14,769 bases of DNA from Escherichia coli (GTDB lineage Bacteria > Pseudomonadota > Gammaproteobacteria > Enterobacterales > Enterobacteriaceae): the NCBI GenBank assembly GCA_005397905.1, contig GCA_005397905.1_4318.1, one strand, 5' to 3'. Below, one piece after another: positions 1 to 7,438 of this stretch. The translations under genes were made by a program, and so were the position numbers. Positions within the stretch are counted from its first letter, which is position 1, and each line of letters begins with the position of its first letter. Below the pieces are notes generated by a model that had not been told where the DNA came from, searched no databases, and saw nothing but the letters and a program-made list of their open reading frames with translations.

Positions 1-193
1 TTACCTTTAATTGCTTTGCCATATTTGCCTTTTTGCCGAAGAAATCAAGGACAATTTCCAGCCTCGCGCGTAACCCTGCCCTTACCTCATCTTTTAAAAC
101 GTAGTAGCCTGATGGTCGTTTACGTTGCTTTTTGTCTTCGGTGCGGACTGTCCCGTTATTACCGTTAATGGTTCGCTTGTCTACTGCATTCAT
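1..193 (-). CDS. hypothetical protein, N-terminal fragment (gene continues beyond the left edge)
   Basis: Minus-strand ATG at 193-191 with GAGGTG Shine-Dalgarno 5 nt upstream (rc of 199-204); frame stays open to position 1 (64 codons, MNAVDKRTINGNNGTVRTEDKKQRKRPSGYY...). Not in the ORF track because it runs off the window. Confidence 0.45.
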   Translation of the reverse strand, partial: MNAVDKRTINGNNGTVRTEDKKQRKRPSGYYVLKDEVRAGLRARLEIVLDFFGKKANMAKQLKV

Positions 194-206
194 TTCATCA
201 CCTCAA

Positions 207-249
207 TAGCATTTTTTGTTAAAAGTCATTCCGATTTGATGGTAGTATT
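207..249 (+). promoter_or_regulatory. TAGCAC-type promoter-like element, variant TAGCAT-N3-TTGTTA, -10-like TAGTAT
   Basis: TAGCAT 207-212, TTGTTA 216-221, -10-like hexamer 243-248; upstream of the helicase ATG at 295. Its -10 overlaps the -10 of the divergent leftward promoter. Confidence 0.4.
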
Positions 250-275
250 GTACTCAATTAAACGCTACAAGACAA
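247..275 (-). promoter_or_regulatory. canonical sigma70-like promoter (TTGTCT-17-TACAAT) reading leftward
   Basis: On the minus strand: -35 TTGTCT (plus 275-270), 17-bp spacer, -10 TACAAT (plus 252-247); lies about 50 nt upstream of the leftward ATG at 193. Confidence 0.5.
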
Positions 276-294
276 TTTTTATAGGAATTTAGAT

Positions 295-2289
295 ATGTTG
301 CCTATCGAGAAGCTGGTTGCAAACTTCGATAAAGAAAGAATAAAACAGATTCAGAAAGATTATCAGTTTGGTGAGATAACTCCTTACGAATTCCAGTGCG
401 TAACATTTGATGCAATCGGAAAGGCTATTGGAAAGTACGAGGCACCATTTATCGCTGACCTTTCAGTATCTGCGGGTAAGACAATCATTCTCGCTATGAT
501 TGGAAAGCGTATGGAACAATTGGGATTGCCTTATATGGTTCTTTCTCGCCAGTCAGAAATTATCAGCCAGAACTCAGAGGAGCTTCGCAACTTCGGCATC
601 CGTAATAGCGTCTATTGCGCTGGCCTTAACGTTAAATCAGTTTACTACCCAACCATAGTTGCTAGCGAGGGTACGGCTGCTAATGGTTTGTTTAAGGGGC
701 TTGGTGACTATGTTCCGGCGGTTATCGCAATCGATGAATGTCACATGGTAGATCACATGGATATCGTGGAAGCTGAAGAGAACGAAGAAACATTTGAGCA
801 AATGAGCACAAAGAAAGGTGAGATGGTTTTCAAGGATGGAATTAACACTGGATTAATTGGCACTGGTCGCGCGCAGTACACACTAATCATTACCGAGATG
901 AAACGTCGCTGTCGTGAGAAGTATGGTCGTGAGCTAAGGATTTTTGGCCTTACTGGCAGCCCATATCGTAACAACGATCACATCGTAGTTAGTAACCCAA
1001 ACATCCGTGGATTCTGGCGGAAGACGGTAATTCAAGTACCAACCAATTACCTGGTTGACTTGGGGTTTGTTGTGCCTACTGTTTACGGCGAGGTAGGCGA
1101 TTTGGGTTACGATCTTAGTGAGTTTGTTCCCGATGGGAGCGATGGCGTGAAGGACTTTGGCAAGAAAGAAATGGATGCAATGGAAGAGAAAATCCACCAA
1201 AGCCAATCCATGACGCAAAAGATTATGCAATTTGCTGCAAAGTTCATGGATACTCGTAACGCGGCTCTTGTGACATGTTCTGGTAAGCGTCACTGCGAGG
1301 AAGCGGCAGCGGCGCTTCCTGATGGTGTGACATGGGCTATAGTAACTGACTCTACAGGTGAGAAAAAGCGCCGTGAGATTCTGGCTGATGCATATGAAGG
1401 TAAGTATAAATTCATATTTCAGATAGGTTGCCTTACAACCGGCGTGAACGTCCCGCCGTGGGACACATCAATCATTCTTCGCAAGGTTGGTAGCATCACG
1501 TTACTGATTCAGCTTTTGGGTCGAGGTATGCGAATTCTTAAGAAGAAGCATAAAGAAATGGGAATGATTAAGGAAGATCACGTGGTACTAGACTTCGCTG
1601 GCACCCTTGATGATATGGCGGAATTGTACTTTGACCCAATCATAGAGGAGGTGCAGGACCAGAAGTTTAAATCATCCCGCAAAGGCGGCGATGAGCCGAG
1701 GGTTTGTCCAGTATGCAGCTATGAGAACTCTCCGTTCGCCCGTCGATGCAATAACGTAATTGATGGAAAGCGTTGCGAACATTTTTTTACATTTCGCTTG
1801 TGTGAAGATATAGAGGACCCGCAGACAAAAGTTATTATTAAGAAAGGTTGTGGTGAGAAGAATGATATTGCTGCTAAAAACTGTCGATGCTGCGGCGAGA
1901 TGCTAATAGACCCGAACGCAAAGCTATCTGGGAAAATGTATCGTAAAGGCGACTGGTTGCGAGTCTATGACTTTAAGATTGGATTAACAAAGAATCAATC
2001 AGGGATTGTTGCCTCATACGAGGTCATGGCCCATAGTGGGGATAGGTTCCGAGCCTATGAGACGTTTTTTCCAGAGTCAGACCATCGCGTTTGCTCTGTA
2101 AAATGGAAATCATTTTGCTCTGCTCACATAGAGAACAGGACTGAGGCTTTTAGAATTGGCAGATTGCGTAATGCTAAGATGATTATGACTAATGCTCATC
2201 TTTTTCGAGCGCCATTAAGGATTACACACCGCAAGAACCAGAAGTCTCAAGATATTATCGCAAACAAATCATTTACTATGGAAGATTGA
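295..2289 (+). CDS. SF2 (DExH-box) DNA helicase with C-terminal Cys-rich zinc-ribbon-like region
   Basis: 664-aa ORF. Motif I SAGKT (DLSVSAGKTIILAMIG), motif II DECH (VIAIDECHMV), motif III-like LTGSP, motif VI QLLGRGMR; C-terminal Cys clusters CPVCSYEN...RRC and GCGEKNDIAAKNCRCCGE. Confidence 0.85.
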   Translation: MLPIEKLVANFDKERIKQIQKDYQFGEITPYEFQCVTFDAIGKAIGKYEAPFIADLSVSAGKTIILAMIGKRMEQLGLPYMVLSRQSEIISQNSEELRNFGIRNSVYCAGLNVKSVYYPTIVASEGTAANGLFKGLGDYVPAVIAIDECHMVDHMDIVEAEENEETFEQMSTKKGEMVFKDGINTGLIGTGRAQYTLIITEMKRRCREKYGRELRIFGLTGSPYRNNDHIVVSNPNIRGFWRKTVIQVPTNYLVDLGFVVPTVYGEVGDLGYDLSEFVPDGSDGVKDFGKKEMDAMEEKIHQSQSMTQKIMQFAAKFMDTRNAALVTCSGKRHCEEAAAALPDGVTWAIVTDSTGEKKRREILADAYEGKYKFIFQIGCLTTGVNVPPWDTSIILRKVGSITLLIQLLGRGMRILKKKHKEMGMIKEDHVVLDFAGTLDDMAELYFDPIIEEVQDQKFKSSRKGGDEPRVCPVCSYENSPFARRCNNVIDGKRCEHFFTFRLCEDIEDPQTKVIIKKGCGEKNDIAAKNCRCCGEMLIDPNAKLSGKMYRKGDWLRVYDFKIGLTKNQSGIVASYEVMAHSGDRFRAYETFFPESDHRVCSVKWKSFCSAHIENRTEAFRIGRLRNAKMIMTNAHLFRAPLRITHRKNQKSQDIIANKSFTMED

Positions 2290-2290
2290 C

Positions 2291-2710
2291 ATGCAAATTA
2301 CAGATAAAGAAGATTACATTGAGTTTTACCCAGGCCCGGTTAAGTCATGCCCTAAAGAGGATAACGAACAAATATTTTGCTCTGATTGGGTTAAGTATAA
2401 CTACCCGGAGATGGTGTTCTTCCACTGCGTGAATGAGGGCAAGAAGACCATTGGTCAAGCAAGAAAGGACCAGGCTAAGGGGCTTCTCAAAGGCGTATCA
2501 GACTGCATGTTTCTTATTCCTGAATCTATCCGAGGAAAATACCCTTTTGGGGCCATAGAGCTAAAGAGGGCTGGGAAGACTCAGGCAAGCACAGTCAGCG
2601 ATGAACAAAAGTCCTTCCTAAAAAGCGTAAGGGAATCAGGAGGATTCGCTGCTGTAGCTTACGGTCGCGAGGGTTTTCTGGCAGCATTCAAACAAATGAT
2701 TTCAAAATAG
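2291..2710 (+). CDS. VRR-NUC domain (PD-(D/E)xK) nuclease
   Basis: 139-aa ORF starting 2 nt after the helicase stop; ...SDCMFLIPE...GAIELKRAGKTQ... fits the D/E...ExK core of VRR-NUC. Helicase plus VRR-NUC adjacency is a common phage module. Confidence 0.7.
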   Translation: MQITDKEDYIEFYPGPVKSCPKEDNEQIFCSDWVKYNYPEMVFFHCVNEGKKTIGQARKDQAKGLLKGVSDCMFLIPESIRGKYPFGAIELKRAGKTQASTVSDEQKSFLKSVRESGGFAAVAYGREGFLAAFKQMISK

Positions 2711-2750
2711 CACGAATTGCTAAAGACGTATCGGTGAAGTGGTGTATTAT
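2708..2750 (+). promoter_or_regulatory. TAGCAC-type promoter-like element
   Basis: TAGCAC 2708-2713 (its TAG is the stop codon of the VRR-NUC gene), TTGCTA 2717-2722, 22-bp spacer, TATTAT 2745-2750. The -10 sits in the loop of a 7-bp dyad (2735-2741 / 2751-2757). Confidence 0.55.
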
Positions 2751-2783
2751 CACTTCATCGAAAACAAACTGGGAGATAAAAAA

Positions 2784-2984
2784 ATGAATACTATCTATAC
2801 TGCTAAATTCTACGAATCACGCAAAACTGGTTACAAATATGAATTAGGAATTACACCTGATTCTTATATTCTGGTTGATGTTGAAGATGAAAACTATGCA
2901 TTCGAAGTTAGTCCGACCTACAAAGATGATTTAGAGACTGTTAAAAACGCATTTGGCGAAAAATTTGATGAGGTATTAGAATAA
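2784..2984 (+). CDS. hypothetical protein (66 aa)
   Basis: ATG at 2784 preceded by GGGAGA; the track start at 2739 is GTG inside the promoter element, so the downstream ATG is preferred. Leader contains CATCGAAAAC. Confidence 0.55.
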   Translation: MNTIYTAKFYESRKTGYKYELGITPDSYILVDVEDENYAFEVSPTYKDDLETVKNAFGEKFDEVLE

Positions 2985-3202
2985 TGAAATTAACCTTTGA
3001 CAAGCAATGGGAAGTTTTTAAGCTAATGGCGGTTCATGAGCTAAAGAAATCTGGATATAACAAAAACCCGTTGGACTTAGCATTTTGCCTAGATATGAGT
3101 TTTGAGGAAGACTACTTGAACACTGATATTGAAACATGGCGCGACCGTATGATTGCTGATATCGAAGAAATGAAAAAAGATTGCCCGGAGGATTTCTTAT
3201 GA
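2984..3202 (+). CDS. hypothetical protein (72 aa)
   Basis: ATG overlaps the upstream stop (TAATG); GAGGT about 10 nt upstream. Confidence 0.5.
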   Translation: MKLTFDKQWEVFKLMAVHELKKSGYNKNPLDLAFCLDMSFEEDYLNTDIETWRDRMIADIEEMKKDCPEDFL

Positions 3203-3399
3203 TTACTGCTACATGTGTAAAAACGAACGGCTCGTTCACTTTATTTAATGAGTATGAATTCAAGATAGACCCGATAAATGACCAGGTTGAAATAGTTAGC
3301 GATGACGGATTTGCATGGAAGTTACATAATGAATTTGATGGTTACTACGGGTGTAATGATTCGAAAGGCAAGCATGTAAGTTTTCTTGTTTATGAGTAA
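3199..3399 (+). CDS. hypothetical protein (66 aa)
   Basis: ATG at 3199 overlaps the upstream stop (ATGA) with GGAGG 8 nt upstream; the track start at 3181 is TTG. Stop TAA directly precedes a TAGCAC element. Confidence 0.5.
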   Translation: MITATCVKTNGSFTLFNEYEFKIDPINDQVEIVSDDGFAWKLHNEFDGYYGCNDSKGKHVSFLVYE

Positions 3400-3400
3400 A

Positions 3401-3443
3401 TAGCACTTTTTGTTAAAACTCCAATCCATGGATTGATTATATT
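3401..3443 (+). promoter_or_regulatory. TAGCAC-type promoter-like element
   Basis: TAGCAC 3401-3406, TTGTTA 3410-3415, 22-bp spacer holding a perfect 12-bp palindrome AATCCATGGATT (3423-3434), TATATT 3438-3443. Confidence 0.55.
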
Positions 3444-3473
3444 AATCACACCAATAACGCAGAGGATTTAATA

Positions 3474-3599
3474 ATGAAGATTGTAGACAAAGAGATGTTT
3501 GAGATCGCGCAGGTTTATGCAAATGACGCAGTGAAAACTGGTTCTGATTATTGCTGGATGTGTGCTAAAGAATACCTGAAAATGGCTTACGGATTATGA
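3474..3599 (+). CDS. hypothetical small protein (41 aa)
   Basis: ATG 3474 with AGAGGA 7 nt upstream; MKIVDKEMFEIAQVYANDAVKTGSDYCWMCAKEYLKMAYGL; stop overlaps the next ATG (ATGA). Below the track length cutoff. Confidence 0.4.
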   Translation: MKIVDKEMFEIAQVYANDAVKTGSDYCWMCAKEYLKMAYGL

Positions 3600-3838
3600 T
3601 AGTTGAAACCGGACGTGACGCCGTATGGGCTCATTGTGGAGAGGCTGGTTTGCAGGATGATATTAAACAGATATCCCGCTTCTTTGACATAAAAGATATC
3701 AGCGTCGTGTTCAATGGTAAATTCTCTTACATGGATGAGAGACCAAGAAAATACGTAAGAGTTAAGCCTGGTGTAAGGATTGATGTTAACGAATTCCTTA
3801 AATCTCAGGGATGCAAATTTAAGATAACGAAGGCGTAA
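3596..3838 (+). CDS. hypothetical protein (80 aa)
   Basis: ATG-initiated ORF translationally coupled to the upstream small ORF. Confidence 0.5.
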   Translation: MIVETGRDAVWAHCGEAGLQDDIKQISRFFDIKDISVVFNGKFSYMDERPRKYVRVKPGVRIDVNEFLKSQGCKFKITKA

Positions 3839-3841
3839 ATT

Positions 3842-4093
3842 ATGTTGGGATTGGATTTTCAGCCAGAGCATTACGACTTAGTGCATGGACATGGTGGGAA
3901 GAAGTTTAGAGCGATACCTATTCCTGATTGGTTTCCTCCTGACTATGTTGATGTTAATGCGAAGACAAATGATGGCAGGTGGGTTCAGATTTACTACTCC
4001 CCAGCGTGTGGAAACCTTTGCATGACTGACCTTGATCAAAAATTAGCAATTAGTGCGGAATTGATAGACTACTGGTTGAAAGAAGTTGAATGA
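3842..4093 (+). CDS. hypothetical protein (83 aa)
   Basis: ATG 3842 with GAAGG upstream; same strand and operon context. Confidence 0.5.
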   Translation: MLGLDFQPEHYDLVHGHGGKKFRAIPIPDWFPPDYVDVNAKTNDGRWVQIYYSPACGNLCMTDLDQKLAISAELIDYWLKEVE

Positions 4094-4176
4094 CGAGCCT
4101 AATACTAGTAGCATCGTTACCACTGTTTAGCTTTACCATCTTATACTTTATCGTAATGAATTAAGGAACTTATATA

Positions 4177-5313
4177 ATGGCAACTGCAAAGATTACCAAC
4201 GAACAACTTCGTGAAGAACTGGCAAATGGCATGACAAACAAAGAAATCGCAGAGAAATACGGAATGAACATTCGCAATGTTGAATTGCGTCGTAGTAAAT
4301 TGGCAAAATCCGGCGAGCTTCATGGAAACCCTGGGATTAAGAAGCTAGTTCCTGACGGCTATTTGGTCAAAGGGACTTCAACGATGATTGATGCGGAAGG
4401 TAACGAGAAGATCCGGTGGGTTAAGACCTCAATTGATAATGAGCGCCTTGAGGTTCTTATGGAGCAGGCTCGAGAAGCATTTTGCTCTGAGTTGCCAAAG
4501 GCAGTTCCATCTGAATCACCTAATGTTAACTTTGACGATAACACGCTTGCGATGTATCCGGTTTTTGATTTACACATTGGAGCAATGGCACACAAACATG
4601 AGTGCGGCGAAAACTACGACACAGCGACAGCCGAGAAGGTAATGAATGGATTCTTTGATTACGCCGTAGATAAGGCCCCAAACTCAAAGAATGCTGTATT
4701 GGTATTGGGTGGCGATTTCCTACATTACGATTCCCTGGAGGCTAAAACCCCGGCCTCAGGCCATATCTTAGACTCTGACAGTCGTTACGCTAAGATTGTT
4801 TATGTTGCAATCCGTTCAGTACGACGTGCAATTTCTCGAATGATGGAAAAGCATCAAGTCATTGATATTAAAGTAATAAGCGGAAATCACGACGAGGCTG
4901 GAATGGTTTGGCTCCGCGCTGCACTTGCTGCATTTTATGAATATGAGCCTCGCGTAAATGTTGATGTTAGCCCAGCTGCAATGATGATGACCAGCTTTGG
5001 AACGACGCTTATTGGATACACTCACGGGCACCAAATGCGGAAAGCCGATACTCGACTAACTGTTATGGCAACTGATTTTCGTAAGTTATTTGGTCAAAGT
5101 GAGTATGTTTACACACATAGTGGCCACTGGCATTCGCAGAAGATTACAGAAACAAACTTGGGAATTGATGAGGTTCATGGGCAGCTGGGAAGTCCTGATG
5201 CGTACTCCGCAAATGGCGGCTGGCGCTCTCAACGTCAAGCGGCAGTTATTGTCTACCATAAAGAATTCGGTGAAGTTGGGCGATTCATTTGTCGCCCTAA
5301 AATGTTTAGCTAA
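4177..5313 (+). CDS. N-terminal helix-turn-helix domain fused to a calcineurin-like metallophosphoesterase (Mre11/SbcD-type fold)
   Basis: 378 aa. HTH-like MTNKEIAEKYGMNIRNVELRRSKL at the N-terminus; phosphoesterase motifs in order: DLH (VFDLHIGAMAH), GDxxxxD (VLGGDFLHYD), GNHDE, THGH, GHWH. AAGGA RBS upstream. Confidence 0.8.
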   Translation: MATAKITNEQLREELANGMTNKEIAEKYGMNIRNVELRRSKLAKSGELHGNPGIKKLVPDGYLVKGTSTMIDAEGNEKIRWVKTSIDNERLEVLMEQAREAFCSELPKAVPSESPNVNFDDNTLAMYPVFDLHIGAMAHKHECGENYDTATAEKVMNGFFDYAVDKAPNSKNAVLVLGGDFLHYDSLEAKTPASGHILDSDSRYAKIVYVAIRSVRRAISRMMEKHQVIDIKVISGNHDEAGMVWLRAALAAFYEYEPRVNVDVSPAAMMMTSFGTTLIGYTHGHQMRKADTRLTVMATDFRKLFGQSEYVYTHSGHWHSQKITETNLGIDEVHGQLGSPDAYSANGGWRSQRQAAVIVYHKEFGEVGRFICRPKMFS

Positions 5314-5356
5314 TAGCGCTTTTTGTTAAAAAACCCCCAGGTTACTGGGGTATAAT
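5314..5356 (+). promoter_or_regulatory. TAGCAC-type promoter-like element (variant TAGCGC)
   Basis: TAGCGC 5314-5319 directly after the stop TAA 5311-5313; TTGTTA 5323-5328; hairpin CCCCAG-GTTA-CTGGGG (5335-5350) in the spacer; TATAAT 5351-5356. Confidence 0.55.
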
Positions 5357-5425
5357 TATCTTGCTTTCAACGAGGAGAATAAATAATTAAAATTGTGGGT
5401 TATTAATAAGATGGAGAATTAGATA

Positions 5426-5980
5426 ATGACCAAATTGTTTATACTGAATGGGCCAGCTGGGGTCGGCAAAGATACAATTGCTGACGTCATGGTTAGTTCT
5501 GGCGCTTGCTGTGAGAAGGTTTCTTTTAAGTCACCCGTGTTTGATGTGGCTAAGGGTATGTTATCAAGCGATGAATTTGATTGGTTTATTGAAAACTACA
5601 ACAATAGAGACGAGAAAGATAAACCTCAGAAAATTCTCGGAGGTAAAACTATTCGAGAGTTTATGATATGGATTAGCGAATCAGTAATGAAACCTGTTTT
5701 TGGTAATGATGTCTTCGGCAGGAGATTGGCTAGTTCACTTGGTGATGGTTGCTATATTTGTGCTGACGGTGGATTTGCTAGCGAGATTGAGCCACTGATC
5801 GACGCTGGTGTTAAGGTCACGTTAATCAGGTTGCATAGGGCAGGGTACACATTTTATGGCGATAGTCGCTCATATATTCACGGGGTGTGTGAAAGAGAGA
5901 TTGATGTTCATGTTGTTGATGGTGATATTAATGGAACATCAGCATTGGTAAGGCACGTAATAAATAGCACGAATTGCTAA
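5426..5980 (+). CDS. deoxynucleoside monophosphate kinase-like P-loop kinase
   Basis: 184 aa; Walker A LNGPAGVGKDT; the N-terminal stretch KLFILNGPAGVGKDTIADVMVS resembles the N-terminus of the T4 gene 1 dNMP kinase as I recall it. GGAGA RBS. Protein ends ...NSTNC with the stop TAA supplied by a TTGCTAA element. Confidence 0.65.
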   Translation: MTKLFILNGPAGVGKDTIADVMVSSGACCEKVSFKSPVFDVAKGMLSSDEFDWFIENYNNRDEKDKPQKILGGKTIREFMIWISESVMKPVFGNDVFGRRLASSLGDGCYICADGGFASEIEPLIDAGVKVTLIRLHRAGYTFYGDSRSYIHGVCEREIDVHVVDGDINGTSALVRHVINSTNC

Positions 5981-6007
5981 AGATAATAGTAAAAACTGGG
6001 TTATCAT
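5965..6007 (+). promoter_or_regulatory. TAGCAC-type promoter-like element
   Basis: TAGCAC 5965-5970 inside the 3' end of the kinase gene; TTGCTA 5974-5979 (its TAA is the kinase stop); 22-bp spacer; TATCAT 6002-6007; leader CATCGAAACGAG...AACGAGGA. Confidence 0.55.
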
Positions 6008-6046
6008 TAACACATCGAAACGAGATGAACCAAACGAGGAAAAAAA

Positions 6047-6223
6047 ATGACTAAAATGACTTACTGCACCAAGAACAACTCCAAGACACTGCCATTTACG
6101 GTTAACCAGCCTTACAATGCCGAGTATCAGGGTGACGGATACTACAAAATTTACGGCGACGATATGACGTGGATTTTAGCGCCGATTGATGGTTCGCTTG
6201 TTGAATTTATTATCGCTGACTAG
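6047..6223 (+). CDS. hypothetical small protein (58 aa)
   Basis: ATG 6047 with ACGAGGA about 7 nt upstream; MTKMTYCTKNNSKTLPFTVNQPYNAEYQGDGYYKIYGDDMTWILAPIDGSLVEFIIAD; followed by an intrinsic terminator. Below the track length cutoff. Confidence 0.5.
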   Translation: MTKMTYCTKNNSKTLPFTVNQPYNAEYQGDGYYKIYGDDMTWILAPIDGSLVEFIIAD

Positions 6224-6249
6224 CGCAGAAAAAACATAGCTTTACAAGC

Positions 6250-6276
6250 GGGGGGCCTTTTGGCTCCCCTTTTTTG
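6250..6276 (+). terminator. rho-independent terminator
   Basis: 8-bp GC-rich stem (6250-6257 / 6262-6269, one G-U pair), TTTT loop, then a 6-T tract (6270-6275). Confidence 0.7.
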
Positions 6277-6354
6277 TGCTTCTTTTACGAACAGGGCTAC
6301 TGTATCATGTTTACACTAACTTAAATATTGACAAATAGACAAATGGAGGATCAC

Positions 6355-6570
6355 ATGAGGGAAGTCATCAACGCCGCTACGGCATCAACTGGCGGTGCTG
6401 CGGTAACTGGAGCGGCAACTGGTCAGATGACTATAGCAATAATCAGCCTTATCGCTCTAATCATTTTTGGTGCCTGGGGTGCTTACTGGAAGTTTAAGGA
6501 TAGCCAGGCGATTCGTCGAGCCCTTGAATCTGGCGACCTAAAAACAGCAATCAAGATAAGGAGCAAGTAA
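6355..6570 (+). CDS. holin, probable pinholin (two TMDs)
   Basis: 71 aa from ATG 6355 (GGAGG 5 nt upstream): a weakly hydrophobic Ala/Gly-rich TMD1, a strongly hydrophobic TMD2 (ISLIALIIFGAWGAYW) and a charged C-terminal tail. An in-frame ATG at 6343 gives a possible dual-start; the track start 6328 is TTG. Sits directly upstream of a SAR endolysin. Confidence 0.6.
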   Translation: MREVINAATASTGGAAVTGAATGQMTIAIISLIALIIFGAWGAYWKFKDSQAIRRALESGDLKTAIKIRSK

Positions 6571-7056
6571 ATGAAGCAGAAGCTGGCAATCAGTGCGGCC
6601 ACGGCTGCGGCAATATACATCGCAGCGCCGCTTATTGAGCTTGTCGAGGGAGTAGAGAACAAGCCATACATGGACATTGCCGGGATACCTACAGTCTGCG
6701 CGGGTATCACTGGTCCCGACGTAGTTTGGGGCAAGACTTACAGCAACAGGGAGTGCCGGAACTTACTGGAGAAACACATTCAGATTCATGCCAAGCATGT
6801 TCAGAATGCAGTTACCTACCCAATTGCACCGCAGACAAGGGCGGCGTTAATCAGCTTTAGCTATAATGTTGGCGGTCATGCAATGAGGAATTCTACCGCT
6901 GTAAGGCTAATTAACCAGGGTAAGGTGGAGCAGGGTTGCAATGCCCTCGGGATGTGGACAAAGGCCACCGTTAATGGCAAGAAGGTTGTCGTTAAGGGGT
7001 TAGTGAATCGCAGGAATGAGGAGATTAAGTTATGCTTAAGTGGATTGCAGCGTTAG
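6571..7056 (+). CDS. SAR endolysin, T4-lysozyme-type (GH24) muramidase
   Basis: 161 aa; N-terminal signal-anchor-release-like segment LAISAATAAAIYIAAPLIELV followed by the E-x8-D-x5-T catalytic pattern of T4 lysozyme (EGVENKPYMDIAGIPT). AAGGAG RBS; start abuts the holin stop. Confidence 0.88.
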   Translation: MKQKLAISAATAAAIYIAAPLIELVEGVENKPYMDIAGIPTVCAGITGPDVVWGKTYSNRECRNLLEKHIQIHAKHVQNAVTYPIAPQTRAALISFSYNVGGHAMRNSTAVRLINQGKVEQGCNALGMWTKATVNGKKVVVKGLVNRRNEEIKLCLSGLQR

Positions 7057-7421
7057 TGGTGTGCATGGCTTTATCCGGATGCTCAGCAACAGACGCACTG
7101 ACTGGTTTGATTGGAAGTAAGCCGGAAGTTACGGCTCAGGCCGGGTCGGAGAATAACAAGGTCGGAGTTGGGTTAACTAACAAGGTTGACTCCAGTAGCT
7201 CCAGTGAAGCCACGGTTAAGGATTCTAGAGTAGGGTCTCTTGATAGCTCAAGTGGCAAAAAGACTGCCGACAATTCCATCAAGGCATCTACAATAACCGC
7301 TGAAAAGATTGAGATTACCAATAACGACTCATCCGCGCTCCCGTGGATTGGAACCGGAGCTATGGGGTTGCTGGTTCTGATTCTCTTGGCTGTAATCTTA
7401 AGACGTAAAAAAGCCTCCTAA
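7032..7421 (+). CDS. unimolecular spanin (u-spanin), outer-membrane lipoprotein with C-terminal TMD
   Basis: 129 aa; signal peptide with lipobox LSGC (MLKWIAALVVCMALSGCSA), Ser/Thr/Gly-rich middle, C-terminal TMD LPWIGTGAMGLLVLILLAVIL then RRKKAS; start overlaps the endolysin 3' end out of frame. Same architecture as T1 gp11. Confidence 0.75.
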   Translation: MLKWIAALVVCMALSGCSATDALTGLIGSKPEVTAQAGSENNKVGVGLTNKVDSSSSSEATVKDSRVGSLDSSSGKKTADNSIKASTITAEKIEITNNDSSALPWIGTGAMGLLVLILLAVILRRKKAS

Positions 7422-7438
7422 TGGAGGCTATATTTTTA
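7412..7438. terminator. bidirectional intrinsic terminator at the convergence point
   Basis: 7-bp stem AGCCTCC / GGAGGCT (7412-7418 / 7423-7429) with loop TAAT (holding the spanin stop codon); T-rich run after it on the plus strand (ATATTTTT) and a 5-6 T tract after it on the minus strand (rc of 7407-7411). Confidence 0.65.

Noticed and set aside
753-1293. Track ORFs 753-974 (-) and 934-1293 (-) antisense to the helicase gene
   Set aside because: Fully embedded antisense in a long ORF with clear helicase motifs; no RBS and no operon context.
2717-2750. Reading TTG(C/T)TA of the TAGCAC elements as an ordinary sigma70 -35 hexamer
   Set aside because: The distance to the TATAAT-like hexamer is consistently 22 bp rather than 16-18, and the sequence at the proper -35 position is not TTGACA-like, so these are not standard sigma70 promoters.
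3018-5329. Track ORFs 3018-3263 (-), 3587-3871 (-), 4141-4323 (-), 4359-4595 (-), 4388-4642 (+), 4816-5034 (-), 5090-5329 (+)
   Set aside because: Each overlaps a better-supported plus-strand gene (antisense or alternative frame), lacks a Shine-Dalgarno and breaks the otherwise compact, translationally coupled gene order.
5448-5666. Track ORF 5448-5666 (+) in an alternative frame of the kinase gene
   Set aside because: The overlapping frame carries the Walker A motif and a proper RBS; this one has neither.
6483-7321. Track ORFs 6483-6734 (-) and 7136-7321 (-) antisense to the lysis genes
   Set aside because: The plus-strand holin, SAR endolysin and u-spanin calls are strongly supported; the antisense ORFs are Ala/Ser-rich mirror artefacts.
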